64,000 nt of DNA, taken from contig JBFLYH010000002.1 of NCBI GenBank assembly GCA_040756875.1, positions 1,023,078-1,087,077 of the forward strand, written 5' to 3'. This document shows positions 46,631-55,276 of the stretch, in pieces (position 1 is the stretch's first letter; every line of letters starts with the position of its first letter). A program made the translations under genes and the position numbers. Under the pieces are notes generated by a model. The model saw only the letters and a list, made by a program, of their open reading frames with translations. It was not told the DNA's origin and made no database searches. This stretch comes from a candidate division FCPU426 bacterium (GTDB lineage Bacteria; Oederibacteriota; JAAXVQ01; JAUVAV01).

Positions 46631-47987
46631 CCGGCTGAGGAGGTTGTTCGTCCGCCGGCTGCTCCTGTGGCGGGACCGTCAGGAACACGCGTTTGGCGAA
46701 ATAAGAAGCCGAAGAATAGGTGGCCTCTGCGATCAATTCGAGGCGGGCGCCGCGCGCAGCTTCCGGTAGGCGCCAGGGAATGAGGTGGGCTCCCGAGTCG
46801 AGCCATTGCTTCCGGCACAGCTCGACGGTTTTCGGCGAGCGGTCCGGCTGGGCGATCACGGTCATCCAGGCCGGCTCAGTCAGCCAAAACGTTACTTCCA
46901 GCAACCCCGGAACCGCCGGATGGCGGGTGGCCCGGGCCTGCTGAATGTCCGCGCCGATCCAGAAATAATGCGCACCCCCGGCCTCGGCGACGAACACCTG
47001 GCCGAAGTGGCGGTGAATGGCGATTCCCGTCGGGTGGATGAAGCGGCCGTCGCCCTGGCCAGGTTCTCCGAAGGCGGCCAAATAACGTAAATGACGGTCA
47101 AATTTGTGAAGCCGGGAAAGAGCCGGATCAGTGACCCAAAGGTTTTCGTAAAAATCAAGGTCCATCCAGGCCAGGGAGTGCGGGCGGTTTTCCGGCGGCA
47201 TCTGGTCAAGGGTCAGCGAACGCTGTACGTGGCCGCGGGGATCCAGGCGCAACAGGCGCGTTCCCTCCCGGTCGCAGACGAAAATATAATCGTCATGGTA
47301 AAAGGACCAGGTCTCGCGGCTGTCCGCCACGGCGATGGCCGTAGGTCCTTGCAGGCGTTCCCCGGCCGGAAGCTGGGGCCCCAGGGTTTCAAGCCAGCGC
47401 CCCTCCGGATCGTAGATCACGATCCGGTCCAGGCCCCGGTCGGTCGCGTACAGGCGGTTTTGCGAATCGAGCGCCAGCCCCCACGGCTGGTTCCAGCCGT
47501 CCGGAGGAGCCTCCAGCTGGCCGGCCGGCTCCAGCCGACGGTCTTTGGGCGTGAAAATGAAGATCTGCCGCCGGGCCGGGTCCGCAACGAACAGCGTTCC
47601 ATCCGCGCGCAAGGCGACGCCGGTGGGGGCGCCGGGCGGCTGACTGCCGCCGATGACTTCCAGATGGAACAGGTCGGGATTGTATATCAGGTTGCCGCGG
47701 CCGGTGTTGGCGCCCGCGATGGTCAACAGGAATTCCGGCCCGGCTTCCTGGTCCGAACCGCGCGTAAGCAGCAGTTGGCAGGCCAAATCCTCGGGATGAT
47801 CAAGAACGGTCCGCTGGCCGATGAACAAGGCGAGAAGTTCGGGCGTGCCGCGGTGAATGCCGAAAGGCGTGTGCCAAAAGGGCGGATAGACCAGGGTGGT
47901 GGGCTTGGATTCGATGAGTTCGGGTTCCGCCCAGGCCGGGGTGAGGCAGAGGCAGCAGCACAGGGCTGACCAGGCAAGGAGACGCAT
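46608..47987 (-). CDS. Secreted NHL-repeat beta-propeller protein with C-terminal FlgD-like Ig domain
   Basis: Signal peptide (AWA); P.GVA..DG.LFVAD, QPWGLALD....YATD, G..G.GDG.F..PTGIA; F.LTEPA.....G.H.I.W tail. Confidence 0.75.
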   Translation of the reverse strand: MRLLAWSALCCCLCLTPAWAEPELIESKPTTLVYPPFWHTPFGIHRGTPELLALFIGQRTVLDHPEDLACQLLLTRGSDQEAGPEFLLTIAGANTGRGNLIYNPDLFHLEVIGGSQPPGAPTGVALRADGTLFVADPARRQIFIFTPKDRRLEPAGQLEAPPDGWNQPWGLALDSQNRLYATDRGLDRIVIYDPEGRWLETLGPQLPAGERLQGPTAIAVADSRETWSFYHDDYIFVCDREGTRLLRLDPRGHVQRSLTLDQMPPENRPHSLAWMDLDFYENLWVTDPALSRLHKFDRHLRYLAAFGEPGQGDGRFIHPTGIAIHRHFGQVFVAEAGGAHYFWIGADIQQARATRHPAVPGLLEVTFWLTEPAWMTVIAQPDRSPKTVELCRKQWLDSGAHLIPWRLPEAARGARLELIAEATYSSASYFAKRVFLTVPPQEQPADEQPPQPATVSPSP

Positions 47988-48058
47988 GGTTCTGTGGTAA
48001 CATGCGGGGCTGCGGCTGTCAATCCCTTGACTGGATATGCAAAGGGGTGCAAAAGACG

Positions 48059-48865
48059 ATGCTCAGACAACCCGCGGTAGCGGGAATGTTTTATGAGCAA
48101 AACCCGGAAATGCTGCGCGACAATTTGGCGGAGCTGTGGCCCTCCCCCCGGCCGGAGACGGTCGCGGCCATTGGGGCCATGACGCCCCATGCCGGCTACA
48201 TGTATTCAGGCCGCACGGCGGCCAAGGTGTATGCGCGGCTGAATCCGGCCGAGGTGGTGATCCTGCTGGGGCCCAACCATACCGGCCGGGGCTGGCCGAT
48301 GGCCGTGTCCCACGCCGAAGCCTGGGCCACGCCGCTCGGCCGGGTGCCGGTGGACCGCGACCTGACCGGTGGCTTGTTGCGCGAATGCCGTCTGGTGAAG
48401 GCCGATGATGCGGCGCACGAACGCGAACATGCGTTGGAAGTCCAGCTGCCGTTTCTGCAACAAGCGTTTGGACGTTTCTCGATTGTGGCCGTGGCTCTCG
48501 GCACCGATGAATTTGCTCCACTCCAGGAATTGGGGCTGGTTTTGGCGCAACTGATCCGGTCGGACGCCAGACGCTGTCTGCTGCTGGCGTCGTCGGACAT
48601 GAATCATTTTGCCACTCTGACGCGGACCAAGGACCTGGACCACAAGGCGCTGCAGCAGGTGCTGAGCCGCAATCCGCAGGGGCTGCTGGAAACCGTGGCC
48701 CGGGAGCGGATTTCGATGTGCGGTGCGATTGCCGCTGCGGTGATGCTGGTCGCCGCCGCGGAACTGGGGGCGGACAAGGCCGAACTGGTGGATTACACCA
48801 CCTCGGCGGAAACGTCGGGGGACGCGCACAGAGTGGTCGGCTATGCCGGCGTCATCGTGCGTTAG
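48059..48865 (+). CDS. amrB: AmmeMemoRadiSam system protein B (MEMO1 family)
   Basis: RQPAVAG.FY, PHAGYMYSG, GPNH, W.TPLG, EH.LEVQLPFLQ, SSDMNH, SMCG, VVGYA. Confidence 0.92.
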   Translation: MLRQPAVAGMFYEQNPEMLRDNLAELWPSPRPETVAAIGAMTPHAGYMYSGRTAAKVYARLNPAEVVILLGPNHTGRGWPMAVSHAEAWATPLGRVPVDRDLTGGLLRECRLVKADDAAHEREHALEVQLPFLQQAFGRFSIVAVALGTDEFAPLQELGLVLAQLIRSDARRCLLLASSDMNHFATLTRTKDLDHKALQQVLSRNPQGLLETVARERISMCGAIAAAVMLVAAAELGADKAELVDYTTSAETSGDAHRVVGYAGVIVR

Positions 48866-48882
48866 GAGGGAAGGAGGCGCCA

Positions 48883-49221
48883 ATGGAGTTGTGCGTGCTA
48901 TTCATCACGGTTCCGAATGCCGAGGTCGGGGAGCGCGTGGCCCGCGCCCTGGTTGAGGAGCGGCTGGCCGCCTGCGTGAACCGCGTTCCCGGCCTGACCT
49001 CGATCTACCGCTGGCAGGGCAAAATCGAATGCGATCCCGAGGAGTTGCTGGTGGTGAAGACCCGCCAGTCCTTGGTGCCGGAGCTGGCGGCGCGCGTGCA
49101 GGCATTGCATCCCTACCAAGTACCCGAAGTCATCGCCCTGCCGATCGTGGCCGGCCTCCCTTCCTACCTGGACTGGGTCGCCGCTGAAACCCGCGACGGC
49201 AGCCAGAGGCCATCCGCGTGA
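48883..49221 (+). CDS. cutA: Divalent-cation tolerance protein CutA
   Basis: LVEERLAACVN, SIYRWQG, HPY.VPE.IALP, YLDW; AAGGAGG RBS. Confidence 0.92.
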   Translation: MELCVLFITVPNAEVGERVARALVEERLAACVNRVPGLTSIYRWQGKIECDPEELLVVKTRQSLVPELAARVQALHPYQVPEVIALPIVAGLPSYLDWVAAETRDGSQRPSA

Positions 49222-51317
49222 GCAAGCGCCGAACCGCTTCTATGCGGCATTCATCGTTTGTCCGGGCGCTGCAGACTGCACCCGATCTGCCACAGTTGGG
49301 AAAGGCGCTGGCAGCCGAGTGCCGGCAGCTTTCAGGCGCGCGGGCGGCCTGGTGCCTGCTGTTGTCCGAAGATGAACAGGCGCCCGTACTGCTTGGCGGT
49401 CCCGGCCGATCTACGGTTCCTCCCATTCTCCCGGAGGGGATAGCTGCCTGGGTCCTGGAACGGCAGCAAAGCCTTAAACTTCAGCCCCGGCCGGTGCCGG
49501 TATTTCAGGTTCAACCGCAAGGCCGGCTAGCCGGGTTCCGTGCCTGCCGCGAATCACGATCGCTCCATAAACGCCTGCAGCAAGACCTGGCCTGGATGGC
49601 TCCCGCCTGTCTTTCGCAGGCGTTGTTGTGGCTGCCGCTGACGGCGAACGCGCTTTTGATTCTATGCCGCCCCGCCTGGACCGAGGCCAGCCTGGAGGCA
49701 CTGGGGCCGGCGCTGGAATTGGGGCGCCTGGCCTGGACCATGCTGGAGCGGCGGCATCAGCTAGAGCAACATGCACGGCAGACCGCGGCTGCCTCCGAAA
49801 TCGCGCAAAACTTGAGCGCCACCCTGGAGCTGGACATCCTGTTGCGGTTGATCATCCTGGAAATAACGAAGACCATGCGCTGCCAAGCCGGTGACATTTG
49901 GCTCAAACCCGACAAACGGCCACAGCCGGTTTTCCGCACCGGCTTGGGAATCAGCACGGCCGCCCGGGGCAGGCTGATGGCCGGCAACCGGACCCAACAG
50001 GCGCTTGAATCCGGGGAGCCGGTTTGGATTGAAGATGTTGCCGCGCGCACGGACCTTGACCAGCGGATGCTTAACCAGGAAGGGATCGCCGGCCTGGCTG
50101 TAATCCCGCTGAAGGTGAAAAGCAGGGCCATCGGCGTCCTGCATCTCTTCGCCAAGCGGCCGCGTTTTTTTTCGCAGGCCGAACGCCAGCTGATCAAGAC
50201 TCTTGCCAGCCAGGCTGCGCTGGCCATCGAAAACGCGCGACTGTTCGAGGAGACCAAGCGCCGGGCGCAGGAACTGCTGGCATTGTACGAAGTAGCCCAG
50301 TTGCTGAGCGAAATCTCCAATGTCAACCTGGCGCTGAAGCAAATCATCGAGCGGGTGAGCGAACTGTTGAACGTGGAAAAATGCTGGTTCTTGTTATGGA
50401 ACGAAGCCTCCGGTGTTTTGACCGCCCACCCGTCCGCCGTCGGCCTGGACGAGGAGCAGATTGCGGACCTGCGGCTGCGAGCCGATACGCAGGGCGTTTC
50501 CGCCCAGGTTTTCCGCACCGGCCAAACCGCGGTTTACAATACCGCGCAGGAGGAAGCGTCGGTCCGGGAGGAATTCGGCCGCCGGTTTCAATTGCGCACG
50601 CTCCTAGCCGTCGGTCTGCGGCATCAGGACGCCAATCTGGGCGTGTTTCTGGCGGCCAACAAGCGGGGCGAGGCCGTGTTCGACGGCAATGATGTGCGGC
50701 TGTTCCGGACCCTGGCTTCGGAGGCGGCGGTGGTGATCCAGAACGCGCGGCTGTATGCGCGGTTGCGGCGAAGTTATTTTTCCATGGTGCAGATGATCGC
50801 CGAACTGGTGGACGCCCACGAACCATATCCGGCGGGCCATTCCGAAAGAGTGGCCAACTATGCGGCGGCCATGGCCCTGCAAATGGGCCTGGGGAACGAA
50901 GAAGTCGAGAAAATCCGCATGGCCGGCCGTTTGCACGACTTGGGCAAACTCAAGCTGGCCGCGGTTTCCAAGTCGGAAATGGACCGCCATCCCGAAGTCG
51001 GCGTAGGAATGCTGGAGCATGTGGAATTTCCCTGGGAGATTACCCCGCTGATCCGCCATCACCATGAGACCTATGACGGCCAGGGATATCCGGACAGATT
51101 GCGGGGCGAAGCCATTCCTTTGGGGGCGCGCATCATCGCGGTGGCTGACGCGCTGGACATCCTCACCAATGGCGCCGACGACCAGCCGGGGCAGCGCACG
51201 CCTGCGCAGTCGTATCAGGAGATCACCGCTCAGGCGGGTTCGCGTTTTGACCCTGAGGTGGTCAAAGCCTTGGGTGAGATTTGGCCGGGATTATTCAGGT
51301 TGGAAGAAAAGGGTTGA
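49218..51317 (+). CDS. Multi-GAF sensor with HD-GYP (cyclic-dinucleotide phosphodiesterase-type) output domain
   Basis: Two clear GAF domains ending AIENARLF and IQNARLY; GHSERV, LHDLGK, HHE.YDG.GYP, GARIIAVAD, FDP.VV. Confidence 0.85.
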   Translation: MSKRRTASMRHSSFVRALQTAPDLPQLGKALAAECRQLSGARAAWCLLLSEDEQAPVLLGGPGRSTVPPILPEGIAAWVLERQQSLKLQPRPVPVFQVQPQGRLAGFRACRESRSLHKRLQQDLAWMAPACLSQALLWLPLTANALLILCRPAWTEASLEALGPALELGRLAWTMLERRHQLEQHARQTAAASEIAQNLSATLELDILLRLIILEITKTMRCQAGDIWLKPDKRPQPVFRTGLGISTAARGRLMAGNRTQQALESGEPVWIEDVAARTDLDQRMLNQEGIAGLAVIPLKVKSRAIGVLHLFAKRPRFFSQAERQLIKTLASQAALAIENARLFEETKRRAQELLALYEVAQLLSEISNVNLALKQIIERVSELLNVEKCWFLLWNEASGVLTAHPSAVGLDEEQIADLRLRADTQGVSAQVFRTGQTAVYNTAQEEASVREEFGRRFQLRTLLAVGLRHQDANLGVFLAANKRGEAVFDGNDVRLFRTLASEAAVVIQNARLYARLRRSYFSMVQMIAELVDAHEPYPAGHSERVANYAAAMALQMGLGNEEVEKIRMAGRLHDLGKLKLAAVSKSEMDRHPEVGVGMLEHVEFPWEITPLIRHHHETYDGQGYPDRLRGEAIPLGARIIAVADALDILTNGADDQPGQRTPAQSYQEITAQAGSRFDPEVVKALGEIWPGLFRLEEKG

Positions 51318-51322
51318 AAAAC

Positions 51323-52258
51323 CTATGTTTTCAAGAGCTGACGGATAGCGGCCGCTACATGGGCGGCATCTATACCGTATTTCGCGAATAACTCTTCCGG
51401 TTCTCCGGATTCTCCGAACACATCCTGTACCCCGAGCCGGCGGAAAGGAACCGCTGCGCTCGCCTCGGCCAATACTTCGGCCACCGCGCTGCCCAAGCCG
51501 CCGATCACCGTGTGCTCCTCGACCGTAACCAGAGCCCTGGTTTCCTGGGCCGCCGACAGCACGGCCTCGCGGTCAATGGGCTTGACGGTATGCAGGTTGA
51601 TGACCCGCGCGGAGATCCCGTCCCGGGCCAGCTGTTCGGCCGCCCGCAGGGCTTCCACCACCGTCGTGCCGCAGGCGATAATGGCCGCATCGCGGCCCGG
51701 TTTCAACACCTGGGCCCGGCCCAGCACGAAGGGCTGGTCGGAAATGATGTCTTCGACTTTGGGGCGGCCCAGCCGCAGGTACGCCGGTCCCTCGTGCTGG
51801 TACAAGGCCTTGGTCGCTGCCGCGGCCTGAGGTCCGTCGGCCGGCACCACCACGGTGAAGTTGGGCATAATGCGCATCAAGGCCATGTCTTCAATGGCCT
51901 GGTGGGAGGCGCCGTCAGGACCGACCGACAAGCCGGCATGGCTGGCCGCGATTTTGACGTTGAGGTTGGGGAAGGCGATGGAATTGCGGACCTGGTCGTA
52001 GGCCCGGGCGGTGGCAAAGACCGCAAAGGTCGATGCGAAAGGTTTTTTTCCGCACGTGGCGATGCCGGCCGCCCAGCCGATCAGATTTTGTTCGGCCACG
52101 CCCAGATTGTAGAAGCGTTCGGGATATTTGGCGGCGAATAAATTGGTCTTGGTCGAACAGGACAGATCCGCGTCCAGCACGATCAGGTCGTCGTGCTGGG
52201 CGCCCAGTTCAACCAGGGCCTTTCCGTAGGCCTCGCGGGTTGCGATTTTCTCACCCAT
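51323..52258 (-). CDS. Transketolase, C-terminal subunit
   Basis: LDADL..ST, GVAEQN, G.DGASHQ..ED, GPAYLRL.R, VEEH...GGLGS. Confidence 0.93.
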   Translation of the reverse strand: MGEKIATREAYGKALVELGAQHDDLIVLDADLSCSTKTNLFAAKYPERFYNLGVAEQNLIGWAAGIATCGKKPFASTFAVFATARAYDQVRNSIAFPNLNVKIAASHAGLSVGPDGASHQAIEDMALMRIMPNFTVVVPADGPQAAAATKALYQHEGPAYLRLGRPKVEDIISDQPFVLGRAQVLKPGRDAAIIACGTTVVEALRAAEQLARDGISARVINLHTVKPIDREAVLSAAQETRALVTVEEHTVIGGLGSAVAEVLAEASAAVPFRRLGVQDVFGESGEPEELFAKYGIDAAHVAAAIRQLLKT

Positions 52259-52297
52259 GCGCCGGCTCCTTCGCTGCGCGAACGCCAGGATGACGGG

Positions 52298-53131
52298 TCA
52301 TTTCAACTCGTCCAAGGCCTGGCAGACTTGTTCCTGGTCCGGCGCGATGCCGTGCCAGCATGCTTGGTTTTCCGTGAACGACACGCCTTTGCCCTTTACG
52401 GTCTGTGCGATGATTACGCTGGGGCGTTGGGTTTCCGCGCGCGCGACTTCCAGGGCGGCGAGCAGTTGCCGGTAATCATGGCCGTTGGCGGGAATAACAT
52501 TCCAGCCGAACGCCCGCCATTTCTCGTCCAGGGGATCCGTGTTCATCACCGAGCAGGTTTCACCGTCGATCTGCAGGCCGTTCCGGTCGATGACGGCGCA
52601 AAGGTTGCCCAGCCGGTGGTGCGCGGCGCTCATGGCCGCCTCCCAAACCTGGCCTTCGTTCAACTCCCCGTCTCCGAGCAGGACGTACACCCGGTAGGCC
52701 GCCCGACGGGCGGCGTCGAAGGCCATGGCCGCCATACCGCAGCCCACGGACAAACCCTGGCCGAGCGAACCAGTGGACATTTCCACGCCCGGCGTCTTAT
52801 TCATGTCCGGATGCCCTTGCAGGATGGAATTCAGCTTGCGCAGCGTGCGCAGATGGTCGGGCGAGAAAAAACCGCTGCGCGCCAGCACGGCGTACAACGC
52901 CGGTGCCGCGTGTCCCTTGGAGAGGATGAAGCGGTCTCGTTGCGGCCATTTCGGATTGGCGGGATCATAACGCAGTTCGGCCGTAAACAGCGTGGCTAAA
53001 ATATCCGCGCAGGACAGCGAGCCGCCCGTATGGCCGGAGCCGGCCGCGCCGAGCATCTCGACGATATCCCTTCGCAGGGTCAGGGCCAGTTTGGCGATGG
53101 CCGCGGGATCGCGTTGCAGGGTGGAAACCAA
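52298..53131 (-). CDS. Transketolase, N-terminal (TPP-binding) subunit
   Basis: SGH.GGSLS, RDRFILSKGH, LQGHP, STGSLGQG, GDGELNEG; TTG start with AGGAGG RBS. Confidence 0.93.
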   Translation of the reverse strand: MVSTLQRDPAAIAKLALTLRRDIVEMLGAAGSGHTGGSLSCADILATLFTAELRYDPANPKWPQRDRFILSKGHAAPALYAVLARSGFFSPDHLRTLRKLNSILQGHPDMNKTPGVEMSTGSLGQGLSVGCGMAAMAFDAARRAAYRVYVLLGDGELNEGQVWEAAMSAAHHRLGNLCAVIDRNGLQIDGETCSVMNTDPLDEKWRAFGWNVIPANGHDYRQLLAALEVARAETQRPSVIIAQTVKGKGVSFTENQACWHGIAPDQEQVCQALDELK

Positions 53132-53283
53132 CGAAAAACCTCCTGAAAATATGCGGTGAATCGTACTAAACCCCTCGGGGCTTTGTCAAGCTTTAAAACC
53201 CGTATTCAGGAAAAAGACCCGGCGCAGGACCGGAGTATGTTGATAACTACGATAAAAAACGGACCGCATGCTATAATCCAAAA

Positions 53284-54954
53284 ATGACGTTGCCCATGCC
53301 ACGGACATTTTGGACCCAGGTGGCCGCAGCCGCCTTGGCCGGAGGCCTCTTGGCCCTTTCCTTTCCCAACGGCCTTTGGCCGCGGCTGGGCCAGGCTCCA
53401 GGCTGGCTGGCTTGGGTGGCGTTGGTGCCTTTTCTGCTGGCATGGCGCGATGCCAACTGGCCCCGGTGCTTTGCGCTGGGCTGGCTGCTCGGATTCGTTT
53501 ATTTCTACACGATGATTTCCTGGCTGCCTCTCATCAACCGCGATACCAATGTTGATAACGCCATTGGCAGGATCATATTCGCTTTTTTAGGAGGCCTCTA
53601 CTTCGGCCTGTTCAGTTTTTCGGCCAAGGCGGTGACAGACCGTTTGCAGTGGCCTTCAGCGGTCGTCGTACCTTTGGCTTGGGTGGCATGGGAATATGTG
53701 AGGGGCCAAATCATTATTGGAGGCTGGCCCTGGGGCAGTCTGGGCCATACCCAGTACGGCACTCCGCTGGTCCGTCAAGTGGCGGCTGTTGCTGGCGTCA
53801 GCGGAGTCTCCTATTGGGTCATGGCCGCGAATGCTGTTTTGGCGAGCGGCTGGTCGAGGAATTGGGCCGAACCGCTGCGGTGTTCAGTCAAGGATGCATT
53901 CCGGCGTCCGGGGTTGGCCGCCATGGTTCTGTTGCTGGCAGCGGGCTGGCTTTATCTTCTGGCACGCTGCACAGTGGAAGCGAGGGCATTTGCCCGGCAA
54001 CCCGCCCCGCCGTTGCACCTGGCGCTCCTGCAGGGCAACCTCAATACGGACCAGCGCTGGGATCAAGCCTACAAGGAAAACGTCTTCGCCCGCATGGAAC
54101 CGCTGCATCGGCAGGCAGCGGCTACGCATCCGGACCTCGTCATTTGGGCGGAGTCCTGTTTTCCGGGCATCTTGGAATACGAACCGGAAAAGGCCTGGGA
54201 GGACCGGCTGCGGTCGTTGATCAGGGAAGCGGGCGTACCGACGCTTCTGACCAGCAATGAATATCAGCCGACGCATCTGCTCGAAGGCCCGCGCTTTCAT
54301 CACTACAACAGCGCCTTTCTGCTCGGCGCCCAAGGCGAGACCCTGGGGCGTTACCGCAAGATCAGGCTGGTGCCGGGCGGCGAATACATCCCCTGGGAAT
54401 GGATGAAGCGCTTTTTAAAGAGCGTAGTGCGCGAACCTATCCCTGTGGATTTCGAATCCGGCGAAGAATATGAACCGCTGCAGCTGGGCGGCCCAAACGG
54501 CACTTGGCGGTTTTCGCCGTTGATCTGTTATGAGGACCAGTTCGAGGAACTGGGATATCAGCTGGCCAAAAACGGCGCGCGGTTTTTCTGCTCTATGTCC
54601 AACGATGCCTGGGCAGGGCACTCGGCCATGAGCAGCCAACGCACGGCCATGGCGGTTTTTTTAGCCATCGAACACAGGGCGTATATGCCCAGGGCATCCA
54701 TGACCGGCCCAACGACGGTGATTGATCCCTGGGGTAAAATAAGCTCTGCTTTGCCTTTCTTCACATCTGGTATGAAAACCGCCACCATCCACCCCGCGGA
54801 CTTCACTACCTTTTTTTCCCGGTATGGCAATTTGATTCCCTTCATCATAACCATCGTGTTTGGGTTCCTGATGATCATCAGCTGTTTGCCCAGGCGATTG
54901 GGCGCAGGAAATTTACCCCGCGCGGAAAATTCTCACCACCAACGACCGGTTTGA
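53284..54954 (+). CDS. lnt: Apolipoprotein N-acyltransferase
   Basis: GGWPW..LG.TQ, QGN, WAES (Glu), YNS, Y.K..LVP.GEY.P (Lys), ICYED (Cys), NDAW; N-terminal TMs. Confidence 0.92.
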   Translation: MTLPMPRTFWTQVAAAALAGGLLALSFPNGLWPRLGQAPGWLAWVALVPFLLAWRDANWPRCFALGWLLGFVYFYTMISWLPLINRDTNVDNAIGRIIFAFLGGLYFGLFSFSAKAVTDRLQWPSAVVVPLAWVAWEYVRGQIIIGGWPWGSLGHTQYGTPLVRQVAAVAGVSGVSYWVMAANAVLASGWSRNWAEPLRCSVKDAFRRPGLAAMVLLLAAGWLYLLARCTVEARAFARQPAPPLHLALLQGNLNTDQRWDQAYKENVFARMEPLHRQAAATHPDLVIWAESCFPGILEYEPEKAWEDRLRSLIREAGVPTLLTSNEYQPTHLLEGPRFHHYNSAFLLGAQGETLGRYRKIRLVPGGEYIPWEWMKRFLKSVVREPIPVDFESGEEYEPLQLGGPNGTWRFSPLICYEDQFEELGYQLAKNGARFFCSMSNDAWAGHSAMSSQRTAMAVFLAIEHRAYMPRASMTGPTTVIDPWGKISSALPFFTSGMKTATIHPADFTTFFSRYGNLIPFIITIVFGFLMIISCLPRRLGAGNLPRAENSHHQRPV

Positions 54955-55074
54955 AAGATTATCCTTGTTTTTAAGGTATTTTTTTCATTAGCTGGATTAT
55001 AAGCAGGTTTTTTTACCAAACCGCAGGACATTCAAAGAAAACCCTTGTAAATCAAAGGTAAAAACCAGGTCGCT

Positions 55075-55106
55075 TTTTTGACTCGGTCAAAAACCGGTGA
55101 TATACT
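55075..55106 (+). promoter_or_regulatory. sigma70 promoter of the giant gene with an overlapping palindromic operator candidate
   Basis: TTGACT (55078-55083)-N17-TATACT (55101-55106). TTTTTGAC-tcg-GTCAAAAA (55075-55093) overlaps the -35 box. Confidence 0.7.
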
Positions 55107-55276
55107 TAAGCTGAAATTTATTAAACTGGCATTTAATGTGCCGAAAAAGAAAGTTGTTACATATATGTCTGCGTCATTGAACAAATGCCAGCATCACCCG
55201 GCATGGTCCGGGTTGAAAGATAGATCGAATAGCCAAGAAGGTCGGGCGGACCGCTTGGTTTAATGAGGTGAGGACA

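Noticed and set aside
48059-48865. Complete AmmeMemoRadiSam system
   Set aside because: Only protein B is here. No AMMECR1-type protein A is seen, and the radical SAM gene at 30-31 kb is a B12-binding type rather than AmrS.
55113-55276. c-di-GMP or other known riboswitch
   Set aside because: I could not find the conserved motifs of a known class by eye; kept only as an unassigned structured leader.
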